Assembly: GCA_963701295.1 (NCBI GenBank)
Contig: OY969585.1
Coordinates: 3,328,001-3,392,000, forward strand
Length of the DNA: 64,000 nucleotides
Direction of reading: 5' to 3'
From: Ignavibacteriota bacterium
Lineage (GTDB): Bacteria > Bacteroidota > Ignavibacteria > UBA10030
Part shown: one piece after another, positions 50,655-60,425 of the stretch
Layout of the letters: each line of letters begins with the position of its first letter
Position numbering within the stretch: position 1 is the stretch's first letter
Notes under the pieces: generated by a model
Databases searched by the model: none
What the model was told of the DNA's origin: nothing
What the model saw: the letters and a program-made list of their open reading frames with translations, nothing else
Position numbers and translations under genes: made by a program

Positions 50655-50839
50655 TAATCAAAAAAATTGAGTTACAATATTTGCTTATTTTCGCCACTTT
50701 CAAGGTTTCTAAGTATCACCCAAATCTATATTTGTCTACAGAACTAATCGCCACTGTCCACAGATTTGCACACTTGGATATTCTGAAATATTTACGGATT
50801 TATCTACTGAAAACCTTTATGAAATGAGATAAAGATAGA

Positions 50840-51622
50840 TTAAAATTCACCAATATAATCAATCTGAATCGTCCGGTTTCCAACATTTACATTGTTCTGG
50901 TTTTTACTAATATCTTTAAGATCAAAGCCGACAATAAGTCCTTTTCCCCAAGCCCAACGAAAACCGAAGTTGAGGTAACCATTTCCCTTGCCAAGCGCAT
51001 TCCCATGGTTATCATTCACTCCAAAATCATATTCCAGCATGATTGAGATATCTCTGCTCATTGATTTTTCCACGCCAACGAACATATTGAGATCTCCATC
51101 ACCGTCTCCAGTTTCTAAGGATTTGTTGAATCCGCCATGGATACTGAGATTCCCGAGAATTGCATAATTTTTACTTGCTACGACATACACACCCGGTGAC
51201 TTGATTGTATAACGCTTCAAAGAATCAGCACTAAGGTATGGTTCTTTGCCTTGAGAATCGAATCCGATAGCCAAAGCAGGCATCAAAATGCCTTCGCCCA
51301 CCAGACGCAATTTAGCATTTACTCCAGGCATCGGATTCATATTAATACTGTCTTTCCCTATAATACCTGTGCCGCCATATGATATTCCAAATGTGAATGG
51401 TTCAAAAATACCCACTGTGATACCGAAAAGCATACCGCCTCTCTGAAAGAAATTCGATGAGACGGAGTACGACCCGCGCTTCAACAAACCAGCCGTTGGT
51501 TTATCAACAAGCATTGTCGGTTCAACATCTGCTGCGCTCCCTGCGTAGCTTTGCGCCATCACCAAATTATGAGTTACTGCAATCAATATACTGAGAATGA
51601 GGAAGTTGTTCATTGTTTTCAT
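50840..51622 (-). CDS. Probable outer membrane beta-barrel (YjbH-like)
   Basis: Signal peptide, PTAG.L, alternating beta strands, C-terminal Phe. Confidence 0.65.
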   Translation of the reverse strand: MKTMNNFLILSILIAVTHNLVMAQSYAGSAADVEPTMLVDKPTAGLLKRGSYSVSSNFFQRGGMLFGITVGIFEPFTFGISYGGTGIIGKDSINMNPMPGVNAKLRLVGEGILMPALAIGFDSQGKEPYLSADSLKRYTIKSPGVYVVASKNYAILGNLSIHGGFNKSLETGDGDGDLNMFVGVEKSMSRDISIMLEYDFGVNDNHGNALGKGNGYLNFGFRWAWGKGLIVGFDLKDISKNQNNVNVGNRTIQIDYIGEF

Positions 51623-51645
51623 TGATTTTCCGTTTCAAATATTAA

Positions 51646-53172
51646 TCATACTTCATCATCACCAAATATTTTCCGAACATTGTTCGGCAGCTTACTCGTT
51701 ATATTCATCGATGCATCAACTTTTCTTTCGTAATCGGTAGGAGCTGTCTCTTTTCGCACGATTTGAAACCTTTCTTTGTAGGACAACTCGTTTGCCGAAG
51801 TTTCGTTTTCGTCTTTGCGTGGTGTTGAAAGTTGGAGGACGGAAGCTGATGTCGGTACGAATGTTTTTTTTTGCCCGCTGACCTGCAATATTTTCCCTAA
51901 AACCGCTTGACCTTCATGTATCAAATCATCTTCAGAATATGTAAGAAGATGTCCTTCGCGAACATAGAACTCACCGTTAATTATCACTTCACTCACTTGG
52001 TGCGATGTTGCTTCCTGCAACATAACGTCAAGCATCCTTTCAATATTCTCATCGGCAAGGACAGTATTCATACGGAATTCCGATAGATCAAGAAAAACAA
52101 TATCAGCTTTCTTTCCTATCTCAATTGTTCCAATTTCAGTATCCAACCCAAGTGCACGTGCTCCATTTTTTGTATGAAGCGCCAGCAAGTCATATGCCTT
52201 ATCCACCGGTAAACTAAGCATCTTTAGAAGAGAAATATAGGATTGAATATTTTCTAAAGGCTGTGCTGTTCCCCAATCACTGCCAAGCGCCAATGTCACA
52301 TTGTGTCGAAATAATTCTTCAAAAGGAGGTATATCTGTTCCCTTCCGAAGAATCGACAGTGGAGATAGGACTAACGGTGTGCCGGACTTTCCAATAATTT
52401 CTGCGTCGCCATCGTCAAAGCATGCAAGATGTGTCAGATGTACAGGAAAGTCAAATACATGATAATCGGCATATAGTTGCGCTACAGATTTATTGAAGTT
52501 CTTTCTCACCGTATCAAACCCATGCTGAGTTTGTCCTAAATGCAACATAACAGGCCATTGAAGTTCATGAGCAGTTCGGATTGTGGATTGGAAATTGTAT
52601 GTCGTGAGATTTTCTTCATCGGTGATAGCACATGCAAATCGAGATGAGGTCTCACGGAGCATTCGAGCAGCATCAATCTGATCGCCGTTATGCAAACCAA
52701 TGACACCTCTCACGTTCGCTTGTCGTATTGCTTCAAGTGCTGCTGAAAAGGAATGTTCTGGAGTATCGAAGCCATATTCTGCTATTGTGGTTACACCGGA
52801 TTTAAGAGCTGCACAGTATGACAACCTGTATAGATCCAAAAATTCTTCGTACGTGGCTTCCTTCCGTAAATAATCGATAGCAAGGCTGACAGCCGAATTC
52901 TTATTCCACAGCGACATCGGTTGTCCAGAGGTAATATATCGCAAAATAAACGACTCGCCGGTATGATGTGCATCCACAAATCCCGGAAGAAGAACTTTGC
53001 CCTCTGCATTAATGATTTCTGCTGAAGGATGCAATGATTTCAGGATCTGTACAGGTTTTCCAATATCGACGATTCGTCCTTTCTGGATGAGTAAAGTCAA
53101 TCTTCCCGCATGATGTTGTCTATCACCGGTGAAGACAAACCCGTTTTCAATTATTTTCGTTGATTCATTCAT
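51646..53172 (-). CDS. Amidohydrolase superfamily protein with atypical metal site
   Basis: LLPGFVDAH, SGVTT, ALGSD, IGTIEIGKKADIV. Confidence 0.85.
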   Translation of the reverse strand: MNESTKIIENGFVFTGDRQHHAGRLTLLIQKGRIVDIGKPVQILKSLHPSAEIINAEGKVLLPGFVDAHHTGESFILRYITSGQPMSLWNKNSAVSLAIDYLRKEATYEEFLDLYRLSYCAALKSGVTTIAEYGFDTPEHSFSAALEAIRQANVRGVIGLHNGDQIDAARMLRETSSRFACAITDEENLTTYNFQSTIRTAHELQWPVMLHLGQTQHGFDTVRKNFNKSVAQLYADYHVFDFPVHLTHLACFDDGDAEIIGKSGTPLVLSPLSILRKGTDIPPFEELFRHNVTLALGSDWGTAQPLENIQSYISLLKMLSLPVDKAYDLLALHTKNGARALGLDTEIGTIEIGKKADIVFLDLSEFRMNTVLADENIERMLDVMLQEATSHQVSEVIINGEFYVREGHLLTYSEDDLIHEGQAVLGKILQVSGQKKTFVPTSASVLQLSTPRKDENETSANELSYKERFQIVRKETAPTDYERKVDASMNITSKLPNNVRKIFGDDEV

Positions 53173-54728
53173 CCTTTTTGATTTGTCCTATGCCAACCCG
53201 TTCCATCTTTTTTATCTTCTAAGATTATACCAACCGACTTTAATTCATCGCGGATTTTGTCTGAAAGCAACCACAGCTTGTTTTCACGTATTTCTTTTCG
53301 AGTTTCAATAAGTAAGTTAATAAGCTTTGAACTAACCGAGTCGTCAAAAACGTTTTGAGCCTTAAAGCCCAATCCTTCTAAGAATTCCATTATTTTCTCA
53401 TTTTGCTTTTGCGGTTCATCTATTCTTTGAGCTTTTTTCAATAATTCTATTGATTCAGAGAGTTTATTTGATTTGGATGCTTGTGGAGAAATACCAAGAA
53501 TATCTTCATATTCCAATAGAAAAAATAACAAGTCCAACAATGAACTAGCTGATTTGGATTCTTTCGTCGCTAAATAGGTATTTGTTGCCGATACAAATTC
53601 TTGTAGAACTGCAATTGCTTGAGGAGTATTAAAATCGTCATTCATTGCCTCTTCAAATCTATTTTGATAATCTTCTATACCAACAAAACTAACACTTCCA
53701 TTTTTCCTCTTCTCGATTTCTTCGCCTAATCTGTTACGGACATTCTTTATTCTTTCGAATCCTTTTTCGGAAGCTTCAAGCGCCTGTTCACTGAAATCTA
53801 ATGTACTGCGATAATGACTTTGCAAGATAAAAAATCTCACAACCAGCGGGTCATATTTCTTGAACGCATCTTTCAGTGTCACAAAATTGCCGAGTGACTT
53901 CGACATCTTTTTTCCGTTCACCGTTACAAGATTGTTGTGAATCCAGTATTTCACAAACGGTTTTCCAGTAGCGGCTTCACTTTGAGCAATCTCACATTCA
54001 TGATGCGGAAACTGGTTATCCATTCCGCCGCCGTGGATATCGAATGTTTCGCCAAGATACTTCATGGACATTGCTGAACACTCGATGTGCCAACCGGGAA
54101 AACCCTCGCCCCAGGGGCTTAGCCAATGCATAATATGTCCGCTTTCAGCTTTTTTCCATAATGCAAAATCTGCCGGATGGCGTTTCTCAGAACGCGATTC
54201 CACTCGTGTACCTTCCACTGCTTCATCCAAAACCCTTCCTGAAAGTTTTCCATACTTTTTAAATTTCTGCACATCATAATACACGGAACCATTCACTTCA
54301 TATGCGAAACCCTTTGCAAGAAGCTGTTTCACCATTTCGATTTGTTCAATAATATGTCCCGATGCACGAGGAGAAATATCCGGACGCAACACACCTAATT
54401 TATCCATGTCGTCAAAGTAGCTGCGTGTAATCGTTTCTGCAATTTGCATAGGATGGACTTTTTCAATTTTCGACTGCTTCAGCATCCTATCTTCGCCATC
54501 ATCTAATAAATGTCCTACATCAGTGATATTCTGAATATATAATACTTTGTTGCCAAGATAACGCAAGTATCTGACAATCACATCAAAAGAGACATAGCTT
54601 TTACCATGACCAATATGCGAATCACTGTATACAGTGGGTCCGCAGACATACATGCCTACGAGTCCTTCATGAATCGGTTTGAATTCTTCTTTTTGTCGAG
54701 TGAGGGTATTGTAGATAACAAGGGCCAT
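53169..54728 (-). CDS. cysS: Cysteine--tRNA ligase
   Basis: [32 protein letters not shown]. Confidence 0.97.
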   Translation of the reverse strand: MALVIYNTLTRQKEEFKPIHEGLVGMYVCGPTVYSDSHIGHGKSYVSFDVIVRYLRYLGNKVLYIQNITDVGHLLDDGEDRMLKQSKIEKVHPMQIAETITRSYFDDMDKLGVLRPDISPRASGHIIEQIEMVKQLLAKGFAYEVNGSVYYDVQKFKKYGKLSGRVLDEAVEGTRVESRSEKRHPADFALWKKAESGHIMHWLSPWGEGFPGWHIECSAMSMKYLGETFDIHGGGMDNQFPHHECEIAQSEAATGKPFVKYWIHNNLVTVNGKKMSKSLGNFVTLKDAFKKYDPLVVRFFILQSHYRSTLDFSEQALEASEKGFERIKNVRNRLGEEIEKRKNGSVSFVGIEDYQNRFEEAMNDDFNTPQAIAVLQEFVSATNTYLATKESKSASSLLDLLFFLLEYEDILGISPQASKSNKLSESIELLKKAQRIDEPQKQNEKIMEFLEGLGFKAQNVFDDSVSSKLINLLIETRKEIRENKLWLLSDKIRDELKSVGIILEDKKDGTGWHRTNQKG

Positions 54729-54733
54729 AGCTG

Positions 54734-55205
54734 ATTAGGTCTCAGGTGTTAGGTTTTAGGGATTGGGTTCGAAGCGACTTTCTTGTATTTCTTCCCGCTT
54801 CTTTCTCTTACGCTTGATATAAAGCTATTAAGCATTTTTTGTTCTTCGATGAGCAATTGAAGAATAAGAACCACTTTATTTTTTGAAATAAGGTTTACAT
54901 TTTCAGTAATTGTCAATTGAGTTTCAAGTTCATAAGTCGAGCCAATCGCAATCTCCAAAAATCTTTTAAAATCAGGTTCACTATTCCGGCTGCACCCTTC
55001 AGCAATATTTGAAGGGATAGAAACTGCTGCTCGCTGTAACTGAGTCTTCAATCCATATGTTTCATCCTTAGGCAATAAAGCCGTAAGCTCATAGACACGA
55101 ATGACAATATCCATTGCTTTTTGCCATACAGTAAGTTCTCGAAAATTTCTCATTCCAGTTCCTGTCACCCAAAACCTAATACCTAAAACCTTTTACCCAA
55201 TCCCT
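54734..55205. repeat. Inverted heptamer arrays flanking the four-helix-bundle gene
   Basis: ATTAGGT CTCAGGT GTTAGGT TTTAGGG ATTGGGT (54734-54768) versus ACCCAAA ACCTAAT ACCTAAA ACCTTTT ACCCAAT CCCT (55167-55205). Confidence 0.85.
54749..55153 (-). CDS. Four helix bundle protein (23S rRNA IVS protein-like, TIGR02436 type)
   Basis: FRELTVWQKA...P.DETYGL..Q..RAAVSIPSNIAEG..R...FL.IA.GS..ELETQL. Confidence 0.92.
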   Translation of the reverse strand: MRNFRELTVWQKAMDIVIRVYELTALLPKDETYGLKTQLQRAAVSIPSNIAEGCSRNSEPDFKRFLEIAIGSTYELETQLTITENVNLISKNKVVLILQLLIEEQKMLNSFISSVRERSGKKYKKVASNPIPKT

Positions 55206-56957
55206 TCATTTCAATCCAATTAATTCTTTTGCCCCGCTCAGGCTTGCTTCTGTCACCTCTTCTCCGCTGAGGAGTCGTGCAACCTCTCTAATCCGTTCTT
55301 CTTCATTCAACTTGCGGATAGACGATGATGTACGATTCTTCGATTCTCTTTTCTCCACCGTAAAATGACAATCAGCAAATCCTGCAATCTGCGGCAAATG
55401 TGTGATAGAAATAACTTGATGAAACTGCGATAGGCTCTTGAGACTCTTTCCAACTACTTGAGCAATCCTTCCACTAATGCCGACATCTATTTCGTCAAAG
55501 ACAAGCAATGGCAGGCGGTCTGCTTTAGCAAGGATTGTTTTCAATGCAAGCATAATGCGCGAAATTTCACCGCCGGAAGCGACTTTCACTAATGGTTTTA
55601 CGTCTTCGCCGGCATTGGTTGAAAGATAGAATTCTACGAAGTCGATACCATTTGGTGCCGTTTCGTAATAATCACGTCCAAGTTTAACATATGCGTTGGC
55701 AGCTTCTCCATCGGATTTGCCCATTATACGATTCTCAATTTTTACATCGAATTGAGCATGAGCAATACCTAATTTTGCCAATTCCGTACATGCCGACTTA
55801 CCGATTTTGCTCACTAATTCCCGCCGTTTTGTCGAGAGGCGTTGTGCTGCAGCAGAACATATTTTCCGTTCAGATTCGATTTGTTCCTGTAACTTCTGAA
55901 TTTCATTTTCAAAATTTTCTGCCATTGCGAATTCTTTGCCGATTTTTTCCCGTTGATCGATTACCGTATCCAAAGAACCGCCATATTTCTTTTTAAGAAG
56001 TGTGATCTGACCTAACCGTTCCCGGATTTGCTCAAGCCGTTCTGGATTGAATTCTATTTTCGAATTATAGCTTTGAATAAACTTCGTCAACTCTCCAATG
56101 ATCGCCGCTGCAGAAGCACATTCATTTTTCGAATCCTCAAATGCCTTGTCAATTCCGGCAAGATCTTCCAATTGGTTCCGAGCCTTAACGAGAAGATCAT
56201 ACACCGACTGCCCGCTGATATTCTCTGCACCTTCGGGGTTGGGCTCGCCTTCATACAAAGACTGGTAGAGCTGAGATGTTGCTTCATAAAGTTTTTCTGC
56301 ATTCTCCAAAATTCGCAGTTCGTTTTCTAAATCCCCCTCTTCACCTCTCCGCGGATCAACAGCATCAATTTCTTTGATCTGGAATTCATACAGATCTCGT
56401 TTTTCCTTGAGTTCATTTTCTTTTCGAGTTAGCGCTCGGAATTCCGTGAAGAGCATCGTCAAACGATTATAGGATGTGCGATGTTCATCTGCTAGACCAT
56501 CAAGACTTCCGAATTCATCTAAAAGCCCGATATGTGTCTCCGATCGAAGCAAAGATTGATGTTCATGCTGGCCATGAAGATCAACAAGATGATCACCAAT
56601 TTCTTTTAAGATGTTCAGCGGAACCGGCGAATCATTCACAAAACATCGTGATTGGCCTTTCATAGAAACTTCTCTGCGGAGAATGAGGTCATCTTGCACT
56701 TCAATCTCATTTCGTTCGAGCAATATTTTTACTCTCTGATTTCCAGCAATTCCTAAAATTCCTTCAACGATGGCTTTCTCGCTTCCTTTTCGGACGACCT
56801 CGGCACTGGATCGATCACCGAGTATGAGACTGAGAGCATCGATGATGATAGATTTGCCTGCACCGGTCTCACCTGTGAGAATGTTGAGCCCGCTCTCAAA
56901 TTCGATATCCACAGATTCGATGAGAGCATAGTTTCGAATAGAGAGAGATTTAAGCAT
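55206..56957 (-). CDS. recN: DNA repair protein RecN
   Basis: TGETGAGKS, HGQHEHQ, ASGGEISR, VFDEID.GISG, ITHLPQ. Confidence 0.96.
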   Translation of the reverse strand: MLKSLSIRNYALIESVDIEFESGLNILTGETGAGKSIIIDALSLILGDRSSAEVVRKGSEKAIVEGILGIAGNQRVKILLERNEIEVQDDLILRREVSMKGQSRCFVNDSPVPLNILKEIGDHLVDLHGQHEHQSLLRSETHIGLLDEFGSLDGLADEHRTSYNRLTMLFTEFRALTRKENELKEKRDLYEFQIKEIDAVDPRRGEEGDLENELRILENAEKLYEATSQLYQSLYEGEPNPEGAENISGQSVYDLLVKARNQLEDLAGIDKAFEDSKNECASAAAIIGELTKFIQSYNSKIEFNPERLEQIRERLGQITLLKKKYGGSLDTVIDQREKIGKEFAMAENFENEIQKLQEQIESERKICSAAAQRLSTKRRELVSKIGKSACTELAKLGIAHAQFDVKIENRIMGKSDGEAANAYVKLGRDYYETAPNGIDFVEFYLSTNAGEDVKPLVKVASGGEISRIMLALKTILAKADRLPLLVFDEIDVGISGRIAQVVGKSLKSLSQFHQVISITHLPQIAGFADCHFTVEKRESKNRTSSSIRKLNEEERIREVARLLSGEEVTEASLSGAKELIGLK

Positions 56958-57026
56958 GTCTACTTGCTCAAATGTAAGCAAAAAAGATGGAATTCCAATG
57001 AAGGAGGATGAGATACCGGTAATAAA

Positions 57027-57860
57027 TTAATTTCTTGATGGATTTCCCAATTCAAGATCAAAGTACCGAATTTCCGGCACATCCCCAATAACAGTATGGT
57101 AATATGCATATTGAATAAATTCTGTCAAGCTCTCTTCTTCACGTTTACCCAAGTCGTGGGAAAACGACGAGAGATACTGTGTTGTCTCTCCGATAGGAAG
57201 ATTTAGCTTCCGTGCAACTTCTTGAGCAATCTGTAATTGCAGAAGTACACCATTGTTCTTTGCAGTGAGTAAAGCTCTCGCTTCTTGTTCAGTCAGTTCT
57301 TCTTCACGTCCTACCCAGAAACCATGAACATACGGTAAATCGGTCAGATCATTCCACTCTTCGACAAGATCGAGTGTGAAGACACCCGATTTCTTATATG
57401 AATTTGGAATTTCATTCACCACCAATGCAGCATCTGCCTTTGCAAGCATTGCATCGATATCTGGCATCATCGGAACAAATTGGAGTTTTTGATGGGACGA
57501 GGAATCGCGATACTTTTCTTCCAGAATAATCTTCGCGAGAATTATTTCCGACGTAAAGCGAACATCAACTGCAATGCTATTGATGTCACGCAGATCCAAC
57601 TTCAAAATGAGTTGAATGGTGTTTGTTGGAACAGATGAGGCAACACAGATATTCGGTATGATGCAATATTCTGCTCCATGCCGTGCATAGTCGATAGGAG
57701 ATAAAAAAGCGTTCCGAATTCCTTCGGAACGCTGGCTGAGTTTCAATGCATTTTGTGCGGGTATGTCTACAACCAGATCAAACGGAGATTCCGTTCGATC
57801 TAAGCCAAACAAGAGCGGCTTCAGGTAGAGCGCATCGGACACTGCAAGCCGCGATTTCAT
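57027..57860 (-). CDS. MqnA-like (chorismate dehydratase family) protein
   Basis: PLLFGL, P..NA..L, SPIDY, DLVEEW..LT.LPYV..FW pattern; several motifs diverged. Confidence 0.7.
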   Translation of the reverse strand: MKSRLAVSDALYLKPLLFGLDRTESPFDLVVDIPAQNALKLSQRSEGIRNAFLSPIDYARHGAEYCIIPNICVASSVPTNTIQLILKLDLRDINSIAVDVRFTSEIILAKIILEEKYRDSSSHQKLQFVPMMPDIDAMLAKADAALVVNEIPNSYKKSGVFTLDLVEEWNDLTDLPYVHGFWVGREEELTEQEARALLTAKNNGVLLQLQIAQEVARKLNLPIGETTQYLSSFSHDLGKREEESLTEFIQYAYYHTVIGDVPEIRYFDLELGNPSRN

Positions 57861-58201
57861 CAGGCATTCGTTTTTTGCGCAACTGCTTTTGTAGCGAGTT
57901 CGCGCACATAGTAAATCTTCGAACGGCGGGCTCTGCCGTCTTTTATCTTCTCGATTTTTGCAATTCGGGGGGAATGCAGTGGGAATATTCTTTCGACACC
58001 GACTCCGTCAGAAATTTTTCGGACGGTAAATGTCGCATTGATACCTGATCCGCGCTGTCCCATGACAATACCCTGGAATTCCTGGATGCGTTCTTTATCG
58101 CCCTCTTTCACCTTCACATGCACGTTCACGATGTCGCCTGATTTGAATTTTGGGACATCTGTTTTTAGTTGAGTTGCCTCAACAAGCTTCAACTTATCCA
58201 T
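57860..58201 (-). CDS. rplS: 50S ribosomal protein L19
   Basis: [25 protein letters not shown]. Confidence 0.97.
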   Translation of the reverse strand: MDKLKLVEATQLKTDVPKFKSGDIVNVHVKVKEGDKERIQEFQGIVMGQRGSGINATFTVRKISDGVGVERIFPLHSPRIAKIEKIKDGRARRSKIYYVRELATKAVAQKTNA

Positions 58202-58260
58202 TGGTGTTTTACTCCGCTAAATCAATATATCGTGTATTTGTATTCTCTACTCTTCTTTAT

Positions 58261-58939
58261 TTATGGTGCGGAACTATCATCCCGTAACCGCCTTGTTCTT
58301 TGCTCACGCTGTTCTAAGCGCCATTTGTCAATTTCTTGATGATTTCCTGAAAGCAACACATCTGGAATGGTCATCCCACGATATTCTGCCGGTCGTGTGT
58401 ATTGAGGACAGCCAAGCATCCCATCCTGAAATGAATCGGTCAATGCTGACTCGCCATCATTCAAGACACCTGGGATAAGCCGTACAACTGCATCTACCAC
58501 AACCACTGCTGCCAACTCACCGCCTGTCAAAACATAATCGCCAATAGAAATCTCGCACGTAGCCAACGCTTCGCGTACTCGCTGATCAACGCCTTTATAA
58601 TGACCACACAACAATATGAGATTCTCTTTCAGCGATAACCGCGTTGCAATCTTCTGCGTGAACACTTCGCCATCGGCTGCAAGAAATATTGTTTCATCGT
58701 ACCTGACGTTGTGCCTTCAGGGCTTCAACACATTCAAAGAACGGTTCTGGTTTCAGCACCATCCCTGCGCCGCCGCCATAGGGCGCATCGTCAATGGTGT
58801 TGTGCTTATCGTGCGTGTATGCACGGAGATCGTGTACAACAATCTCAACAATCTCTTTATTCTGTGCCCGTTTCAGAATACTTTCCTGCAATGGGCTTTC
58901 CAACAGCTTCGGCAATCCTGTTAAAATATCGATGCGCAT
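58261..58939 (-). CDS. trmD: tRNA (guanine37-N1)-methyltransferase, split by a +1 frameshift near 58702
   Basis: 5' part [12 protein letters not shown] in one frame; [27 protein letters not shown] in the +1 frame. Confidence 0.92.
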
Positions 58940-59445
58940 CACTCAAGCAATCCTTCCAAAGCGTGGATAGTGATGCGTTTCATCTTTACATCTACCTTTC
59001 GAATGATCGCTTTGACTGCCGGAATTAAAAATTCCTTTGTGCCATTCCGAACAACCCATATATCATTTGCTGGAAGCGAAAGAAGATCAGCTACTCTTCC
59101 GACATTCATTTGCTCTTCAGTAACTACTTCACATCCGATCACATCGTCCATGAAGTAGCTCCCCGTACGGAGTTTTATTGTCTGCTCTTTCGGAACGAAT
59201 AGATATTTATTCCGAACCTCTTTTGCTTCATGCGGTGTCTCAATACCATTCAGACTGACAACAACCTGTTTGGTATCAATCCTCACTGCGAGAATATCCC
59301 ATTGTTCCACTCTCGCAGCATCGTGTCCCACCCACACCGACTGTAAACCTGCAAATCGCTGTTTGTCGTTTGTCAACGGAAGAACTTTCACCTCGCCCTG
59401 ACTACCGATCGATTTGGAGATCCTTCCAATCGCAATCAAATCCAT
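58939..59445 (-). CDS. rimM: Ribosome maturation factor RimM
   Basis: IGRI...G.QGEVKV, ANDIWVV, LIPAV; synteny. Confidence 0.92.
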   Translation of the reverse strand: MDLIAIGRISKSIGSQGEVKVLPLTNDKQRFAGLQSVWVGHDAARVEQWDILAVRIDTKQVVVSLNGIETPHEAKEVRNKYLFVPKEQTIKLRTGSYFMDDVIGCEVVTEEQMNVGRVADLLSLPANDIWVVRNGTKEFLIPAVKAIIRKVDVKMKRITIHALEGLLE

Positions 59446-59499
59446 ACAAAATATCCCGCCATCCATCCCGGATTCAGGGCACTGAGCTCATCGAACTAC

Positions 59500-59730
59500 T
59501 TAGCCAATGATGTCCAAAACCGCTCGCTTGCCTTCTTTTGCAGCGACCGCTTTTAGGAGGACACGCAAAGAAGTCGCTGTTTGGCCGCGTCTACCAATAA
59601 CTTTTCCGATCTCTCCTTCAGCTACCTTGAGTTTGAAGATGTGCTTGTTTTCTTTTTCTTCTATCTCAATAGCGACGCTTTCCGGATGATCCACTAGATG
59701 TTTTACAACGAACTCTAGAAATTCCTTCAT
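59500..59730 (-). CDS. khpA: KH domain RNA-binding protein
   Basis: LVDHP, GKVIGRRG; position after rpsP. Confidence 0.9.
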   Translation of the reverse strand: MKEFLEFVVKHLVDHPESVAIEIEEKENKHIFKLKVAEGEIGKVIGRRGQTATSLRVLLKAVAAKEGKRAVLDIIG

Positions 59731-59940
59731 CGTTCCACCTCGGTATCAGTTGCTCTCCAGGCGTTTGCAGGTTATCTTTACCTCTACGATCCCAGTGTAC
59801 AACCATTTCAATTGTGGAAACTACGTTAGTGCCTTGCTTCTGCCCTAACTGTGGATTAATAAACTGCTGTGGAAAAATCAGTTGTCAAAATCCGTTCGAT
59901 GGAAAAACCATCAAGTGTGTAGTCAGATTCGCTGACTGTA

Positions 59941-60363
59941 TTACGCAGCAGCCGGTGCTGGAACTGGAGTTTCTGCCTGGGGAACGGCTTTTTTCTTCCG
60001 TTCTGCTCGTCGTGATTTCCGGTCGGCTTCGCGCTTTGGTTTTTCAACCTGAAGCATATGCCAGCGTTCCATCACACTCTTCACCGTCGCCTCATCTTTG
60101 CCCTGGCGCGTGAGTGTCCAGTGCAGCCAAAAACCTGTACGCCTTAATAATGAACGTACTGTATCTGTCGGTTGTGCACCTTTGCGCAGCCAAAATTCAA
60201 TGCGCGGCTCTTTTAATGCTAAGGTGATAGGATTTGTGTGCGGATCGTATTGCCCGAGAGCTTCGAGATATCCACCATTGCGAGGAGAACGGGAATCTGT
60301 CGCCACCAACCTATAAATTGGATGCTTCTTCTTTCCCTCTCTCCGCATTCGAATTTTAACCAA
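59941..60363 (-). CDS. rpsP: 30S ribosomal protein S16 with C-terminal extension
   Basis: VKIRMRR.G.KK.P.YR, DSRSPRNG, GAQPTDTVR. Confidence 0.96.
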   Translation of the reverse strand: MVKIRMRREGKKKHPIYRLVATDSRSPRNGGYLEALGQYDPHTNPITLALKEPRIEFWLRKGAQPTDTVRSLLRRTGFWLHWTLTRQGKDEATVKSVMERWHMLQVEKPKREADRKSRRAERKKKAVPQAETPVPAPAAA

Positions 60364-60425
60364 TGTTATTACTCCTGTGTTTTACTTGACTCAGTTATCA
60401 AAATAGTTATTTTCATAATCGATTG

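Noticed and set aside
50745-50805. CCACAGATTTGCACAC-type motif reminiscent of short repeats near small mobile genes
   Set aside because: Not clearly repeated and no associated ORF.
56205-56250. Short apparent insertion (EPNPEGAENISG) in the RecN coiled coil
   Set aside because: Cannot be distinguished from ordinary loop variation without an alignment.
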